DNA of 63,984 nt, counting the filler, from Octopus bimaculoides (taxonomy: Eukaryota), in NCBI RefSeq assembly GCF_001194135.2. It is 5 parts of 5 records of this genome, joined end to end, with 100 filler letters (N's around TTAATTAATTAA, not from the genome) between each part and the next. Parts side by side here need not be neighbours in the genome. Positions count along the whole stretch, not along the records: positions 1 to 28,095 come from NC_068986.1; 4 more parts are not named here. One strand, given 5' to 3'. The translations under genes and the position numbers were made by a program. The notes below the pieces were generated by a model. That model did no database searches and was not told the DNA's origin. It saw only the letters and a list, made by a program, of their open reading frames with translations. Of this stretch, positions 12,980-26,449 are shown one piece after another (the first letter of the stretch is position 1; the number at the start of each line of letters is the position of its first letter).

Positions 12980-13843
12980 TTGAATTGTTAGAAAATTAAT
13001 TTTCTTGTGTAATTCAATTTCGTAACGCATCATTGACATGCATACCAGTTTATCTGTTTTATTTCCATAATCGTTAACTAACACGTTTTGTTTTGTTGAA
13101 TGAGTTCTTCGATGATGTTCAGATACATCCCCGTGCCTGTGCCTAAAATTTTTCTTTCCCGTTTGATGTTGCTCTAACAGAAAACCTATCACTTTGAAAA
13201 GTTTGGTTGACTATGCCTCAATTATATGGAGATGCTGTGTTGCCACTTTTCTGATGAATTGTTAGTCTTCGGTAGGTTTCCTTGAAACTAAGTAAAAATA
13301 TTCCATAATTATATTTCAAATGCAACGTCTCTTCTACAGCAGTAGAAGGGGGCAGTGAGCACACGACGTGACTTCGAAATAATTTGTTAATTTCACTAAC
13401 ATCACATTTTGCAACGATTCAAATTCTTCTTCTACATATTAAAAAAAATATCAACTGGTACAAAAGTTAAGGCTATTAACATCTTATAAAACCTACAATT
13501 ATGTTCCTCTAAATAAAAGTATGGCGTAAATTCTGAATTTTTGTCTTTACTTTGGCTCAAGTAAAAGATGCAAATACACTGGGGAAGACCTTTCTTGAAA
13601 TTGCGGAGGATCGTATCTGGATTATGATCCAGATATTCATAAGTAAGTATCTATTATCTTTATTACTTTCCCCAGTCATTAGACTGCTCGGGGATTGCCT
13701 TCAGTATTTTTTTTTGTAAAGCTTGGCGTTTATTCTATTGGTCACTTTTGCCGAACTACTAAGTTATGGGGGCGTAAACACACCAACACTGGTTGTCAAA
13801 AGGTGATGGGGACAAACACACACACAAAGACACACATACACAC

Positions 13844-13886
<43 letters not shown>

Positions 13887-14980
13887 CACACACAGACGCA
13901 CACAGACATACACACACACACAAACATACGCACACAGATATATGTGAATATGTATAAATTATGTAGACATGTACATAACGTATGTATATACTTCAATGAA
14001 ACTTATAAATAACTTAAGACTCGTTAGAGAGACAAAGTGAGTTTGCGTTAATCGAAATATGCTGTTAGCTAGCCAGTATCTGTATTCTATACGGATCTCA
14101 ATATTTTTAGATGTGCTTAATGAGCATTCTTTTGCTATTATTAACGACAGAATCATCGATTAAAAATATTTCATCGCTATATGGTGCAGGTGTGGCTGTG
14201 TGGTAAGAAGCTTACTTCCCAACCACATGGTTCCGGGTTCAGTCCCACTGCGTGGTACCTCGGGCAGGTATCTTTTACTACAGCCTTGTGAATGGATTTG
14301 GTGGACGGAAAATGAAAGAAGCCCTTCGTACATAGATATATAATATACGTGTGTGTATATGTGTGTGTATCTTTGTGTCTAAGTGTCTCCCCCCCCCATA
14401 ACCGCTTGACAACCTGTGTTGGTGTGTTTACGTCCCCATCACCTAGCGGTTCGGCTAAAGAGAATGATAGAATAAGTCCTGGGATCGATTTGTTCGAATA
14501 AAACCCCTGAAGGTGGTGCTCCAGCATGGCAGCAGTCAAATGAGTGAAACAAGAGAATAAGAGTACGACGAATATGTTACATGCAAATGGTCAGGTAATA
14601 AAATATCTCATTATTAGGTGCTGGAATTGGCTCAGCATCTCGTTTTGCGCAACGCTGAACATTTCCTTGCAAGGAGGTATACTTCGTATGGCAAAGACAA
14701 TTTTGTCCTTTGGATTACTTTCCTTAGGGCATCATTATATGCACCAGACTTCTCAGTGATACTTGAAAGTGTCTGCTTCATTGCTGACACTGCTGGCTAG
14801 AGTACTTGGCTATGTCCCGTGACATTTTCCCATAAACTTTCATTAACGTCGATCTGACCTTTGCATTTGTCTCCAGTACAACGACAAGACTCTTTTCCAT
14901 TTCGAAATATTCTATCTAAATGAAAGCGTAATCCATGTAATAAATTATGGTTTTGCCCTTTCTATGAGAAAATCCACTCC
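12980..14980 (-). mobile_element. Fossil Mutator-like (MULE) transposase with N-terminal FLYWCH-type domain, split by SINEs
   Basis: Collinear minus-strand peptides: SHRKGKTIIYY..LRFHLDRIFRNGKESCRCTGDKCKGQIDV (about 14975-14830); DDSVVNNSKRMLI...WLANSIFRLTQTHF (about 14170-14030); PDTILRNFKKG, KIQNL, FYKMLIALTFVPVD, LTNYFEVT, LWNI (13660-13300); LPKTNNSSEKWQH (about 13290). Confidence 0.7.
14181..14563 (+). mobile_element. tRNA-derived SINE family A, near full length
   Basis: A box TGGCTGTGTGG, B box GGTTCAGTCCC, internal TA/TG tract and family tail. Confidence 0.88.
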
Positions 14981-15511
14981 CTAGAGCTAATTTATGTAGG
15001 TTAAACTTCGTAAGCATCTTCATTGGTTGTTCAGGTGTAAACAGTGTTGTCAATGAATTGAAGTTCAGAAGTGTAGGAAGAACGGGAAAAAAGCACCCAC
15101 CCCCACCCCACCAAAAAACAAAAATAAAATGTCATCTTTCGTTTAGCGAAACTAGCTTATATACACACTGACTCGCAGTGTAAATACTGACTTAGTGATT
15201 TACATAACGACTTACGTAAATCCATAAATGCATTCTAATTTACGTGCATGCGTACTGACTTAGATAAATTCATATATACACATATTCATATATTCAAACA
15301 TACATATACACACACATACATTCATACACACATACATACATACATACATACATACATACACACATACATCAACCAATCACTCGATATGAACAGTTGTATG
15401 CTCGGTGAGGGAACTGTACGATGAATACCTTATCCAGCTTTAATGTTATAAGTGTTAATCTTGTTAAATAGCTGTTTATTCTTCTGCTCCTATTCATTTA
15501 TACTCTCTCTC

Positions 15512-15917
15512 TTTTACTCTTTTACTTGTGTCAGTCATTTGACTGTGGCCATGCTGGGGCACCGCCTTTAGTTGAGCAAATCGACCCCAGGACTTATTCT
15601 TTGTAAGCCTAGTACTTATTCTATCGGTCTCATTTTTGCCGAACCGTTAAGTTAGGGGTACGTAAACACACCAGCATCGGTTGTCAAGCGAAGTTGGGGG
15701 AACAAACACAGACACACAAACATACACACACATACATATATATACATATATACGACGGGCTTCTTTCAGTTTCCGTCTACCAAATCCACTCACAAGGCTT
15801 TGGTCGGCCTGAGGCTACAGTAGAAGACACTTGCCCAAGGTACCACGCAGTGGGACTGAATCCAGAACCATGTGGTTGGTAAGCAAGCTACTTACCACAC
15901 AGCCACTCCTGCGCCTA
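15512..15917 (-). mobile_element. tRNA-derived SINE family A, full length
   Basis: Minus strand starts TAGGCGCAGGAGTGGCTGTGTGGTAAG and carries A/B boxes, the internal microsatellite and the tail. Confidence 0.9.
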
Positions 15918-16981
15918 TAGAAAAATATTGTAGTGATATTCTTCTAAAAATGAATCAGTAATCCGGGAATCTGCTACAAGCAACATTGCTAGAAACACAT
16001 CAACACTACCGAAGAAGTACCGAAATAGAGAGAAAAAGTTAAACGAACCGGTGCATACATACACACATGCATACCTATCTAATTGAATACTTACATTCAC
16101 ATATCGGCATTGACTTGCCTTTGAGTGGAACTGCCGTGCTCTGAATTGCCGACGCTTAATTGTCCTTTGCGGAAAGGCAACGAACTGGCAAAATCGTCAG
16201 CATGGTAGACAAAGCGCCTAGCGGCATTTCGTCCGTCTCTACGCTCTGAGTTCAAGTTCTGCCTAAGCTGAGTTGGTTACATTCTTCGGGGTCGATAAAA
16301 TAAGTTGATCGCCGGGTCGATTTAGTCGATTAACCCACTTTCCTCCAATATTCTAGGCTTATGCTTACAGCAGAAAATAGAAAGGAATTGTCCTTCGCTG
16401 AACTGTCAGGTTACAGTTATATCTCCATCACTCACCTATTGACCTCTGTTGAAAATCGAATTAAAGTAATATAAATAGCCCAAACAACTGTGTTGGCAAA
16501 ATCAGTATGGACTTTGTACTCAATACTTGCTGCTCTCTTTCCCCCTTCCCCCACACATACTCAAATGCACGCATGCATATATCATGAAAGCATATCAGCT
16601 AACAAGATAAATGATTACAGCGAAAATTATATAAGAATATTTTTTCGTTATTTTTGTGGTTACAGCCATAAAACTATAGCCATTCTGAAGTACCCGCTTC
16701 ATGAATATAGTCGAAGTTATTAAATTCAGTACTTGCCGAGAATTTGTTTGATCGATCTTGCAAGGATGGTTAGCATTATAGACTTGGGCAACAGAACATA
16801 AAGAGACGTTACAAAATACCAGAAAGTAATGTCCGATGCACTACAAATTCCACTTTCAATAATTTCTTTTAAACACTGCTACAAAAACTTAGACAACAAA
16901 ATAGAGAGTAAATGAATGAAAATATTTACATTCCTTCTTCACAATCACAAGATCAAATTCTGCCAACAAAAAGCATTAGTA

Positions 16982-18532
16982 CAGAGTGTTCGGGATAAAT
17001 TTGACAATTTTTATGTCTTCTTTTTCGAGAATAGCTTGATATATTGGCGCACATAAAGCGGCATTGGAGAGCATAAAGATATTAATCTGTAATTGAGAAA
17101 AGTTAGCTGATATGGAATGCTCGAAGCTATCTGAATATTAGAAAACACTTGTGGAGGCGCAATGGCCCAGTGGTTAGGGTAGGGGACTCGCGTTCATAGG
17201 ATCGCAGTTTCGATTCCCTGACCAGGCGCTGTGAGTGTTTGTTGAGCGAAAACACCTAAAGCTCCACGAGGCTCCGGCAGGGGATGGTGGCGAACCCTGC
17301 TATACTCTTTCACCACAACTTTCTCTCACTCTTACTTTCTGTTTCTGTTGTGCCTGTAATTCAAAGGGTCAGCCTTGTCACACTCTGTGTCACGCTGAAT
17401 ATCTCCGAGAACTACGTTAAGGGTACACGTGTCTGTGGAGTGCTCAGCCACTTGCATGTTAATTTCACGAGCAGGCTGTTCCGTTGATCGGATCAACTGG
17501 AACCCTCGACGTCGTAANNNNNNNNNNGAGTGTTTGTTGAGCGAAAACACCTAAAGCTCCACGAGGCTCCGGCAGGGGATGGTGGCGAACCCTGCTATAC
17601 TCTTTCACCACAACTTTCTCTCACTCTTACTTTCTGTTTCTGTTGTGCCTGTAATTCAAAGGGTCAGCCTTGTCACACTCTGTGTCACGCTGAATATCTC
17701 CGAGAACTACGTTAAGGGTACACGTGTCTGTGGAGTGCTCAGCCACTTGCATGTTAATTTCACGAGCAGGCTGTTCCGTTGATCGGATCAACTGGAACCC
17801 TCGACGTCGTAAGCGATGGAGTGCCAACAACAACAATTAGAAAACACTTACCTCTATCATGACGATTCGTATCGTGTATCAAAATGCTGGCATCACATCT
17901 GCTGCGCAATGTTCAGTGAACACGGTAAAGGCTGTAAGACGTGACATGGACAGCTGCAACGGAAACTAAAAAGCCATAGTCAGCAGGAAGGGACACAACA
18001 GGCGTTTTAACTGCGTCTGCATGCTCGAATTCATCCCCACATTTTTGGACAGGACCTTGGGTTCAGTTCACACGGTTATATGAAGCTACTGGAGACTGTG
18101 CACAAAACCTTGATGGAGGAGGTTGTTGCTGGAAGACCATATGCATGATAGCAGGATTCGGGTCCTTGCCAAACCTCCAGAAAGAATTAAAAGCGGTTGT
18201 CGGAGAATTTCTATGACTTCACTAACCTGAATTGCTGGTCTCCTAATTCCCCGATTGTAATCCCATAGATAATGATTTGGCTGCACTTGGGAGAGAAAGA
18301 CACCAGCCGCCCTGCTTGCGACACCAAGGCCAAACTGGTGGTCAAGATCTTGGAGGTGACCGAAGATCTCCCCAGGGACACATTAAGGAACGCTCGCACC
18401 AGGTTTTTGAGGCTGTGGTAGAAGCTGGGGGCAGCCAGAACCAAGTTCATATATTTTTTGTTTTTTAAAGTACTTACATTTTCGGATAGGATTTTGTGTT
18501 TTCTTTTCATACAAACTGTCAAATTTGTCCCG

Positions 18533-18537
<5 letters not shown>
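16982..18537 (+). mobile_element. maT-type (DD37D) DNA transposon with both TIRs, internally deleted, hosting a SINE
   Basis: Left TA + CAGAGTGTTCGGGATAAATTTGACA; right TGTCAAATTTGTCCCGAACAC (18517-18537). Catalytic remnant *QDSGPCQTS...CWSPNSP/DCNPID, about 37 spacing allowing one frameshift. Confidence 0.82.
17151..17835 (+). mobile_element. tRNA-derived SINE family C with 14-bp TSD; body duplicated across a 10-N gap
   Basis: A box TGGCCCAGTGG, B box GTTTCGATTCC, (CAA)n tail. TSD ATTAGAAAACACTT at 17137-17150 and 17836-17849. 17233-17517 reads identical to 17528-17812. Confidence 0.92.
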
Positions 18538-18586
<49 letters not shown>

Positions 18587-20431
18587 NNNNNNNNNNNNNN
18601 NNNNNNNNNNNNNNNNNNNNNNNNNNNNNNNNNNNNNNNNNNNNNNNNNNNNNNNNNNNNNNNNNNNNNNNNNNNNNNNNNNNNNNNNNNNNNNNNNNNN
18701 NNNNNNNNNNNNNNNNNNNNNNNNNNNNNNNNNNNNNNNNNNNNNNNNNNNNNNNNNNNNNNNNNNNNNNNNNNNNNNNNNNNNNNNNNNNNNNNNNNNN
18801 NNNNNNNNNNNNNNNNNNNNNNNNNNNNNNNNNNNNNNNNNNNNNNNNNNNNNNNNNNNNNNNNNNNNNNNNNNNNNNNNNNNNNNNNNNNNNNNNNNNN
18901 NNNNNNNNNNNNNNNNNNNNNNNNNNNNNNNNNNNNNNNNNNNNNNNNNNNNNNNNNNNNNNNNNNNNNNNNNNNNNNNNNNNNNNNNNNNNNNNNNNNN
19001 NNNNNNNNNNNNNNNNNNNNNNNNNNNNNNNNNNNNNNNNNNNNNNNNNNNNNNNNNNNNNNNNNNNNNNNNNNNNNNNNNNNNNNNNNNNNNNNNNNNN
19101 NCATGTGCGTGCGTGTGCATGTGCGTGCGTGTGCATGTGCGTGCGTGTGCATGTGCGTGCGTGTGCATGTGCGTGCGTGTGCATGTGCGTGCGTAGCCTG
19201 TATGTTTCTGTGTGTTCGTAAATCGGTCTGAATGCTTCCTAGGACGTATGCCTCTTAATGTACGTAACTCCGATGGACTTACTTATTCAATGAGTATTGG
19301 GCGATAACATGAATAAACTAATTATTAGTGTCACTACTATTTACAGGAACCAGTGAAAGTGGTGCTCCAGCATAACCGCTGTCCTAGACAGAAAACAATA
19401 AAATGAAACAATATTAAAACTATACACCAATCGGAGACAAAATGTCTCCCATCATTGAATAATGTTAAGATGAAAACACAAATTATACTTAACAACACAT
19501 ATTGCACATTTAGAAATAAGATGTATGTGACTAATGTAATACGTCACTTCAAATATAAGCATAAAAACTGTGGACTATCAGAGGTCATTCTTGCACCATT
19601 CGTTCCTGTAGGCAAGAAAGGAATATTACAATATATTATTTAATACAACATACGGCACTTGTCAATAGAAAACACTAGAAACACGCAGCGCTATTGTGTT
19701 TGGCTTCACTTACAAAAGAATGGACGTCTTGCCGTTGAGTCAATACTAATACTGCAAAAGCCGTAACATACAAAAACAACATGGTGACTACATTAAAACT
19801 TTTCCATTAATGCTATTCTACCAAATATAACATTGCTTACTATAGCAAATAAAATAGAAAGGTTAGAGAAAATATAAAAACCAAGTGTATATATACACCA
19901 TTCTAAAGTTGAACATTCTGACGGTAGCATCGGTGGTTTTGGATTGTACATAAAGGTTGTATACAGTATCCAAATAGCAATATGTCTGAAGGAAATATTG
20001 ATATCCATTTACAAAACACACACACACACTGAAACATGCACATGCAAACTACACACACACAACGATATGTACAAATACACACGTATGTGTATATGTGTAT
20101 TGGTCTAATAGTACATTTGTGGCCATGAATGACTTTTTGACTATAATAAGATAGGTTTTCGAAAGCTATATAGTCTCTTTTTCAAGACCAATAAATTAAG
20201 GAGGAGCAGTTGTAAATTTATGTCCTTTTAACAGCCAGCGATAGATATAAATGGAAGTTTCTGAAGAAATATTTAATGAATTCTCTAATGTTCTTGGATC
20301 TTCAGATCTAGCATATACAAACTGGAAATTCTGTCCTCTGGCACGCGCACACACATGGACACACGTACGCATGTACAGCACAAACATATATATGCATACA
20401 CACGCATGCACGTGCACACACGCTTGCACGT

Positions 20432-20469
<38 letters not shown>

Positions 20470-22889
20470 CACACGCGCGTGTATTAGTCGTGTACTCGTC
20501 GAAAATGATTGCGTTTATTTCGACTAACTTTGAATAATTCTCAATGTTTTCTGCAAGAAGTTTTGTTCCAGTTTCTTTTGGTTTTAATTTGTTCTCTTTC
20601 AGATATGCTTATTCTTTTTACCTCACCTCACACTCCTCCGTTATTTGCACTGCTTCAACGATATATTTCATTCGCTCGCTTTTTCTGTGTCTCTCATTCT
20701 CTATCGTGCACTTGCTATATCTATTATTTTATCTCATTGCCTACATAATTCCCCTTCTATTGTAGCGCTTTATCTTTCTACATTTCCCTTCTATATTACT
20801 CGCGCTATGTCTTCTTTTGCATTTTCCATCCTACTTTATATTTAACTATCTTTTCACGTGTCTATCTGTCTCTAAAGCTGCTGACTTCCATGCTTTCAAT
20901 TACCGCCTATCTATTTATCTATCTAATCACCAATTGTTTATAAGTCTTTCTTTTTTTTTTTTTTTCTATTTCACATCTCTCAGCTGAGCTACTGCTTTCT
21001 CTTTCGAGCGTGACAGAAAAAAAAAAAAGAGAGCTTGACATATGACTTAGCGTTTTATGTATGTATATGTTTAAGATATTTTGAAGAGTATGGTTCGGCG
21101 AGATTATAGTCACTGAAGTGAGAAACTAGTATAGAAAGAAGTTTTGAGTGTTGAAAAGAACTGGAAAAATAAACGCCCCTGCTACACCCTTTGTTAAAAA
21201 TAAAAGACAGAAACAAAATAACTATGGTACGCTTACTGAAATGTTAGATTCTAGTTCTCAAAAAATGTTTTACATCATACATGCATAAATAACATATCTT
21301 AATATTAGATATTTCTCAATCTTTTACATTTTTCTCTTGTTTTCTTTGTATGCAAAAGTTGCATTCCTTCTTTCACAAAGAATCAGAGACACCCCGAAGA
21401 CATGTTCTTTAGGAAAATGTTCTAATTATACTCAGAGATACATTTTCTGGAACTTGTCTATGTCTATATTTATATTTAACACTGATGTCGTCACAGAAGC
21501 GACTGTGTTATTATTTATATTGTACCAATTACAAACGGAATGATGGCCAAATTTCTGACATTTTCGGTTTAATAATGAAGTCTGAGTAAACGCTTAGATT
21601 TACAACTTATGCACAATATTGTAGTTTTTCCGTATAGTAATGCCAATTGTTGAAATACTATTCTGATTTGTATCATCGTTGGTGATGTTAGAATTTCGGA
21701 AGCTTTCTGCATTACTTTCAAAGACTGATTGACAGAGTGATCGAACTCAATGCCTTGGCGTATTTAGTTACACTCCTATTCATTCTGAATTCAAACTTTG
21801 TAGAAGTTATTTTGTCCCTCATCATTCTCATTCTTCTGTGGTCATTAAATTGGAACTAGTCTGGTATCGGTGGTATCTCTCTGATCTATTAAACTCTCTC
21901 TCCAAATTTCGTCAGTAGGAAAACTCTCAGACGTTTCAGTGACCCCTATCGTGTTTAACTTGCAAAAAAAAAAAAAAGCAAATACGATTTGTTTTCGAAT
22001 AATTGTCAACATTTTCGTATTCTGTAAACAAAGTTTACTAGAAATACAAGATGGCTTCGTCTTTGAAAGGGAAGGACGGAGGGAGGGAGTGCTCTCCAGT
22101 GTGGCGGAAAATAATATAATTAAATATGCCCTTCACCTGGAAATAGATAAAAAAGTCATAGGCAAACTGCGACCCACAGGGCTTTCTACACTGCACGCCT
22201 AGCGAAAAATTACATTGAATGCTTTTAGTAGTGCAGCCCATCTGATGATGAACCATGTCATACGCGGCCCATTTCTTGAAAAAGGTTGTCAATACCTGAA
22301 ACATAAATTAAAACATTTAAAACGAAAACACTATCCAGACTACTAACGACACCAAATAAACAGATGAAGAAAAAGTTTCAAACGGAAAACGTAATGAACT
22401 AGTAGTGAACAACAATAGTAAGAGCATTTCTTGTGTAATGAGCCACAAAGTGTGTATGGACTTGGGTAAGCTCAATGGAAAACAAACAAATCAAAAACAA
22501 AGGTAAATACACTGGGGAAGTTTGTTATACAAAACAATGACTTCTTTCAGAGTAATACATGTGTGAAGGACAAGTAGCAGCGTACCATACTTCTGTATTG
22601 CTGAAAATGGAGGGGAATTTCACCTGTTCTCAAAAAGTTGTTGCAGGAAGGTTTGACCAACTAAGATGTGAATTACACCAACTACAACAAAATATATGAC
22701 AGTGTTTGACTGGTGAACTATGAGTTCTGGTGGTAGACTGGTTTGGTACCAACAAACATCTGTTCATAGATTTATACGACAATACACTGGTTAGCGCAAT
22801 ATAAGGGTAAGAGTCAAAGATCATAGCATCGATATTAGTCCCTGGTTCGTCTTCACTCTTGTGTAATATGGATACGTTTAGCCATGTAC

Positions 22890-22972
<83 letters not shown>

Positions 22973-23573
22973 CATACATATATACATACATACATACATA
23001 CATACATAGACAGATAGATGGATGGATGGATGGATGGCTTGGTGGGATGGATGGATGGATGGATGGCTTGGTGGGATGGATGGATGGATGGATGGATGGA
23101 TATAGCGACAACACACACACATCTACTGCACGTGCTTCAGCTGGATGAAAGTTTGCTGATCCCCCCTCATACACACACATACACCTCACTCCTGTCTGAT
23201 GATTCTTTAAACGTTTTCATTTAGCTTTGAACAAAACCCTTAAACACCTGGAACTACAGAGACGATATTCTTCTGAGTGAATTCACTTTCGCTCTTGTAG
23301 AGAACCACGTGGGGTTGTTGTTTGTTGTACGCAAACACGAGCACACAGAGGCACATGCAAAGACAGATACAGACTTGCACAAAGACATGCAAACAAATAC
23401 AAACAGATCTAGGGGCACACACGCAGGTACGCAAACTTGCTTCTCATGCGTGCCTGTTAGCCAGCATCAGAGAACACATATGTTGGTTTGCACAGACGTA
23501 GAACATGGGAAAAAAAACTCTATATGCACACAAAACACCTCATAACACTGATGCTTACAATTATTGCCTAATA

Positions 23574-23623
<50 letters not shown>

Positions 23624-24381
23624 TTTTCTTGTGAGCTGCTGTTTTGCAGTTATAATTCAGTTATAGCGTTATTTATTACTTCGCCTACCTTTCAACAGAT
23701 TGTGAAATATAAAGAGGGGGAAATAAAAAGAAAGAAATAGAAAAGAAAACAAAGATAAAAAATTAAAGAANNNNNNNNNNNNNNNNNNNNNNNNNNNNNN
23801 NNNNNNNNNNNNNNNNNNNNNNNNNNNNNNNNNNNNNNNNNNNNNNNNNNNNNNNNNNNNNNNNNNNNNNNNNNNNNNNNNNNNNNNNNNNNNNNNNNNN
23901 NNNNNNNNNNNNNNNNNNNNNNNNNNNNNNNNNNNNNNNNNNNNNNNNNNNNNNNNNNNNNNNNNNNNNNNNNNNNNNNNNNNNNNNNNNNNNNNNNNNN
24001 NNNNNNNNNNNNNNNNNNNNNNNNNNNNNNNNNNNNNNNNNNNNNNNNNNNNNNNNNNNNNNNNNNNNNNNNNNNNNNNNNNNNNNNNNNNNNNNNNNNN
24101 NNNNNNNNNNNNNNNNNNNNNNNNNNNNNNNNNNNNNNNNNNNNNNNNNNNNNNNNNNNNNNNNNNNNNNNNNNNNNNNNNNNNNNNNNNNNNNNNNNNN
24201 NNNNNNNNNNNNNNNNNNNNNNNNNNNNNNNNNNNNNNNNNNNNNNNNNNNNNNNNNNNNNNNNNNNNNNNNNNNNNNNNNNNNATATATATAATATATA
24301 TACATATATGTATTCAAATGTGAATGAGAAGCAGCCTGAGGAATATAAACATCAAGCACACACACACGCATACATACACAA

Positions 24382-24428
<47 letters not shown>

Positions 24429-25139
24429 ATCTATTTTTCTAACTATATGCATATATATAATAAATACATACATATATACGTACATATGTGTGTGTATGTG
24501 TATACACACGCACACACACTCACACACACACATATATATATACATACCCACGCATATATACAAGCATGTACGCACGAAGCCACTCATGTATATTAATATA
24601 TGTAAATTATACGGACATATTGATAGTTCTGTCCAAACTGCACACGCACGCATATACACAAAAACGAACATACGCTTAAACTCACATACTCACATACGTA
24701 GAATCCGTGCAGATTAATGCACACAAGTATTCCCACACGCATCTGGCATCCGCTATATAAATATAAACAAACCAAGTGTACGCACACACATACAGTTATA
24801 TAATCCCCTCAGTGGAATAACACGCATTTAATGTACCCGCTTTCTTAAATAAGTGTGTTTATGAACAGCGGACAAGCGCCTTGAATAAATATTGTCAGGA
24901 TAGGCTGTAGACAAATAACAAACCGTCAACTAATCATTATCCGAGATATTTAAAAATACTGTAACTAGAATCTATCTATCTATCTATCTATCAGTCCGTT
25001 TGCCTGTCAGTCTGTGTATCTATCTACATACATATACACACTTACACAAACATACGCGCGCACGCACGCACACACACACACACACGCACACATACACACA
25101 CACACACACTCACACATATATATATCTTTTATATTTTGC

Positions 25140-25348
25140 TCGTTCCAGTTACTTGATTGCGGCCATGCCGGAACACCAGCTTGAAGGGTGTCCCAGGGCT
25201 TATTTCTTATGGCTTAGTACTTATTCTATCGGGCTTTAAGCCGCACCGCTAGGTTACGAGGACGTAAACTTACAGACAACGGTTGTCAAACGCAGACATG
25301 ACACACACATACACTGATACATGCATACACTGATACATACATACATAA

Positions 25349-25381
<33 letters not shown>

Positions 25382-25545
25382 AAGATACATATATGATGGG
25401 CTTCTTTCAGTTTCCGTCTATCAAATCCACTCACAAGGCTTTTATCAGCCCGAGGCTATAGTAGAAGACACTTGCCCAAAGTGCCACGCAACGGGACTGA
25501 ACTAGGAAATATGTGGTTGGGAAGCAAGCTTCTTACCACATACGT
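25140..25545 (-). mobile_element. SINE family A, diverged, with internal GATA tract
   Basis: Same head and tail motifs as 15512-15917. Confidence 0.8.
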
Positions 25546-25566
25546 ACACGCACACATACACACACG

Positions 25567-25602
<36 letters not shown>

Positions 25603-26319
25603 TTGCGTTACGTTAAGAAGCGATCCCAGGTTCCAGAAGCTTCGACTCGAATCAAACATAACAAACTACTCTAAATTGTTGATATATCCGCATTAGTTGA
25701 GTCAAAACCTACTAGTTTGTACTGGCATCAATTCATATTTCATTACAACAATGAAATCAAACAAAACAGTGATATTTAGAAGTCCTTTTTCTCAACGTGT
25801 TTGAAACTGTGGAAGGTTTACGCAATAGAATTTTTTACTAATACAAATACGCAGACCTGAAACGTATACATTTCCGAATGTAACGCCCTTGATCTGGGCT
25901 TAATAAGGACATCACAACTCAGGGACAAACAGAAAATAGTCGAAAGAACAGTATAATGTAAGCGTACAAAACTATAGACTTGGCTTTACATACATAATAC
26001 ATGTATCCATACATCCATAAGTACATGCGTGGCTGTGTGGTAAGAAACTTGCTTATGGACAATAATAAACTGGATGATAGAATTGAACCTTTCATTCTTA
26101 ATAGACCGAGAATTATTTTAAAGGATCACAAGGAAAATTTTATAGTAACTAACTCTAAAGTAAGATTGATTTGCCCAGGAAGATCTGATCTGGATAAACT
26201 TAGTAAAGCTATTTTAGATAAATACATGTCGCAGTTTAATATTTGAGAGATGAGGAATTATGTACATTATTTGCATTATTTACATTTGACGGATATTTGT
26301 CCTCATCTTGTTTGTTGTT

Positions 26320-26365
26320 AACACAACGTTTCGGCTGATATATTTTCGAGCCTTCATCAGGTGGC
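26320..26365 (-). ncRNA. Type I hammerhead ribozyme motif (minus copy)
   Basis: gccac-CTGATGA-a-ggct(cgaaaatatatc)agcc-GAAAC-GTT-gtgtt. Confidence 0.7.
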
Positions 26366-26403
26366 TTGGGGAAATTTCGAACCCAAGGTTGAAGTTTCCC
26401 CCG

Positions 26404-26449
26404 GACATCTGAAGAAGGCTAGAGAGTATATCAGCCGAAACGTTGTGTT
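26404..26449 (+). ncRNA. Type I hammerhead ribozyme motif (plus copy)
   Basis: gacat-CTGAAGA-a-ggct(agagagtatatc)agcc-GAAAC-GTT-gtgtt. Palindromic AACGTT stem III; predicted cleavage after 26444. Confidence 0.75.

Noticed and set aside
13562-13642. Apparent plus-strand exon ending in |gtaagt
   Set aside because: It is the antisense strand of the MULE transposase fossil.
17151-17225. tRNA gene calls for SINE heads (also 14181, 42697, 44455-44526, 61320)
   Set aside because: A/B boxes are present but there is no complete cloverleaf, and each continues into a repeat body.
17233-17812. Exact 285-bp tandem duplication of a SINE body
   Set aside because: The identical copies are separated by a 10-N gap inside one TSD-bounded element, the usual signature of unmerged overlapping contig ends.
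13572-22520. Shared 16-mer AAATACACTGGGGAAG at about 13572 and about 22505
   Set aside because: No flanking homology. One such match is plausible by chance in 64 kb of AT-rich DNA.
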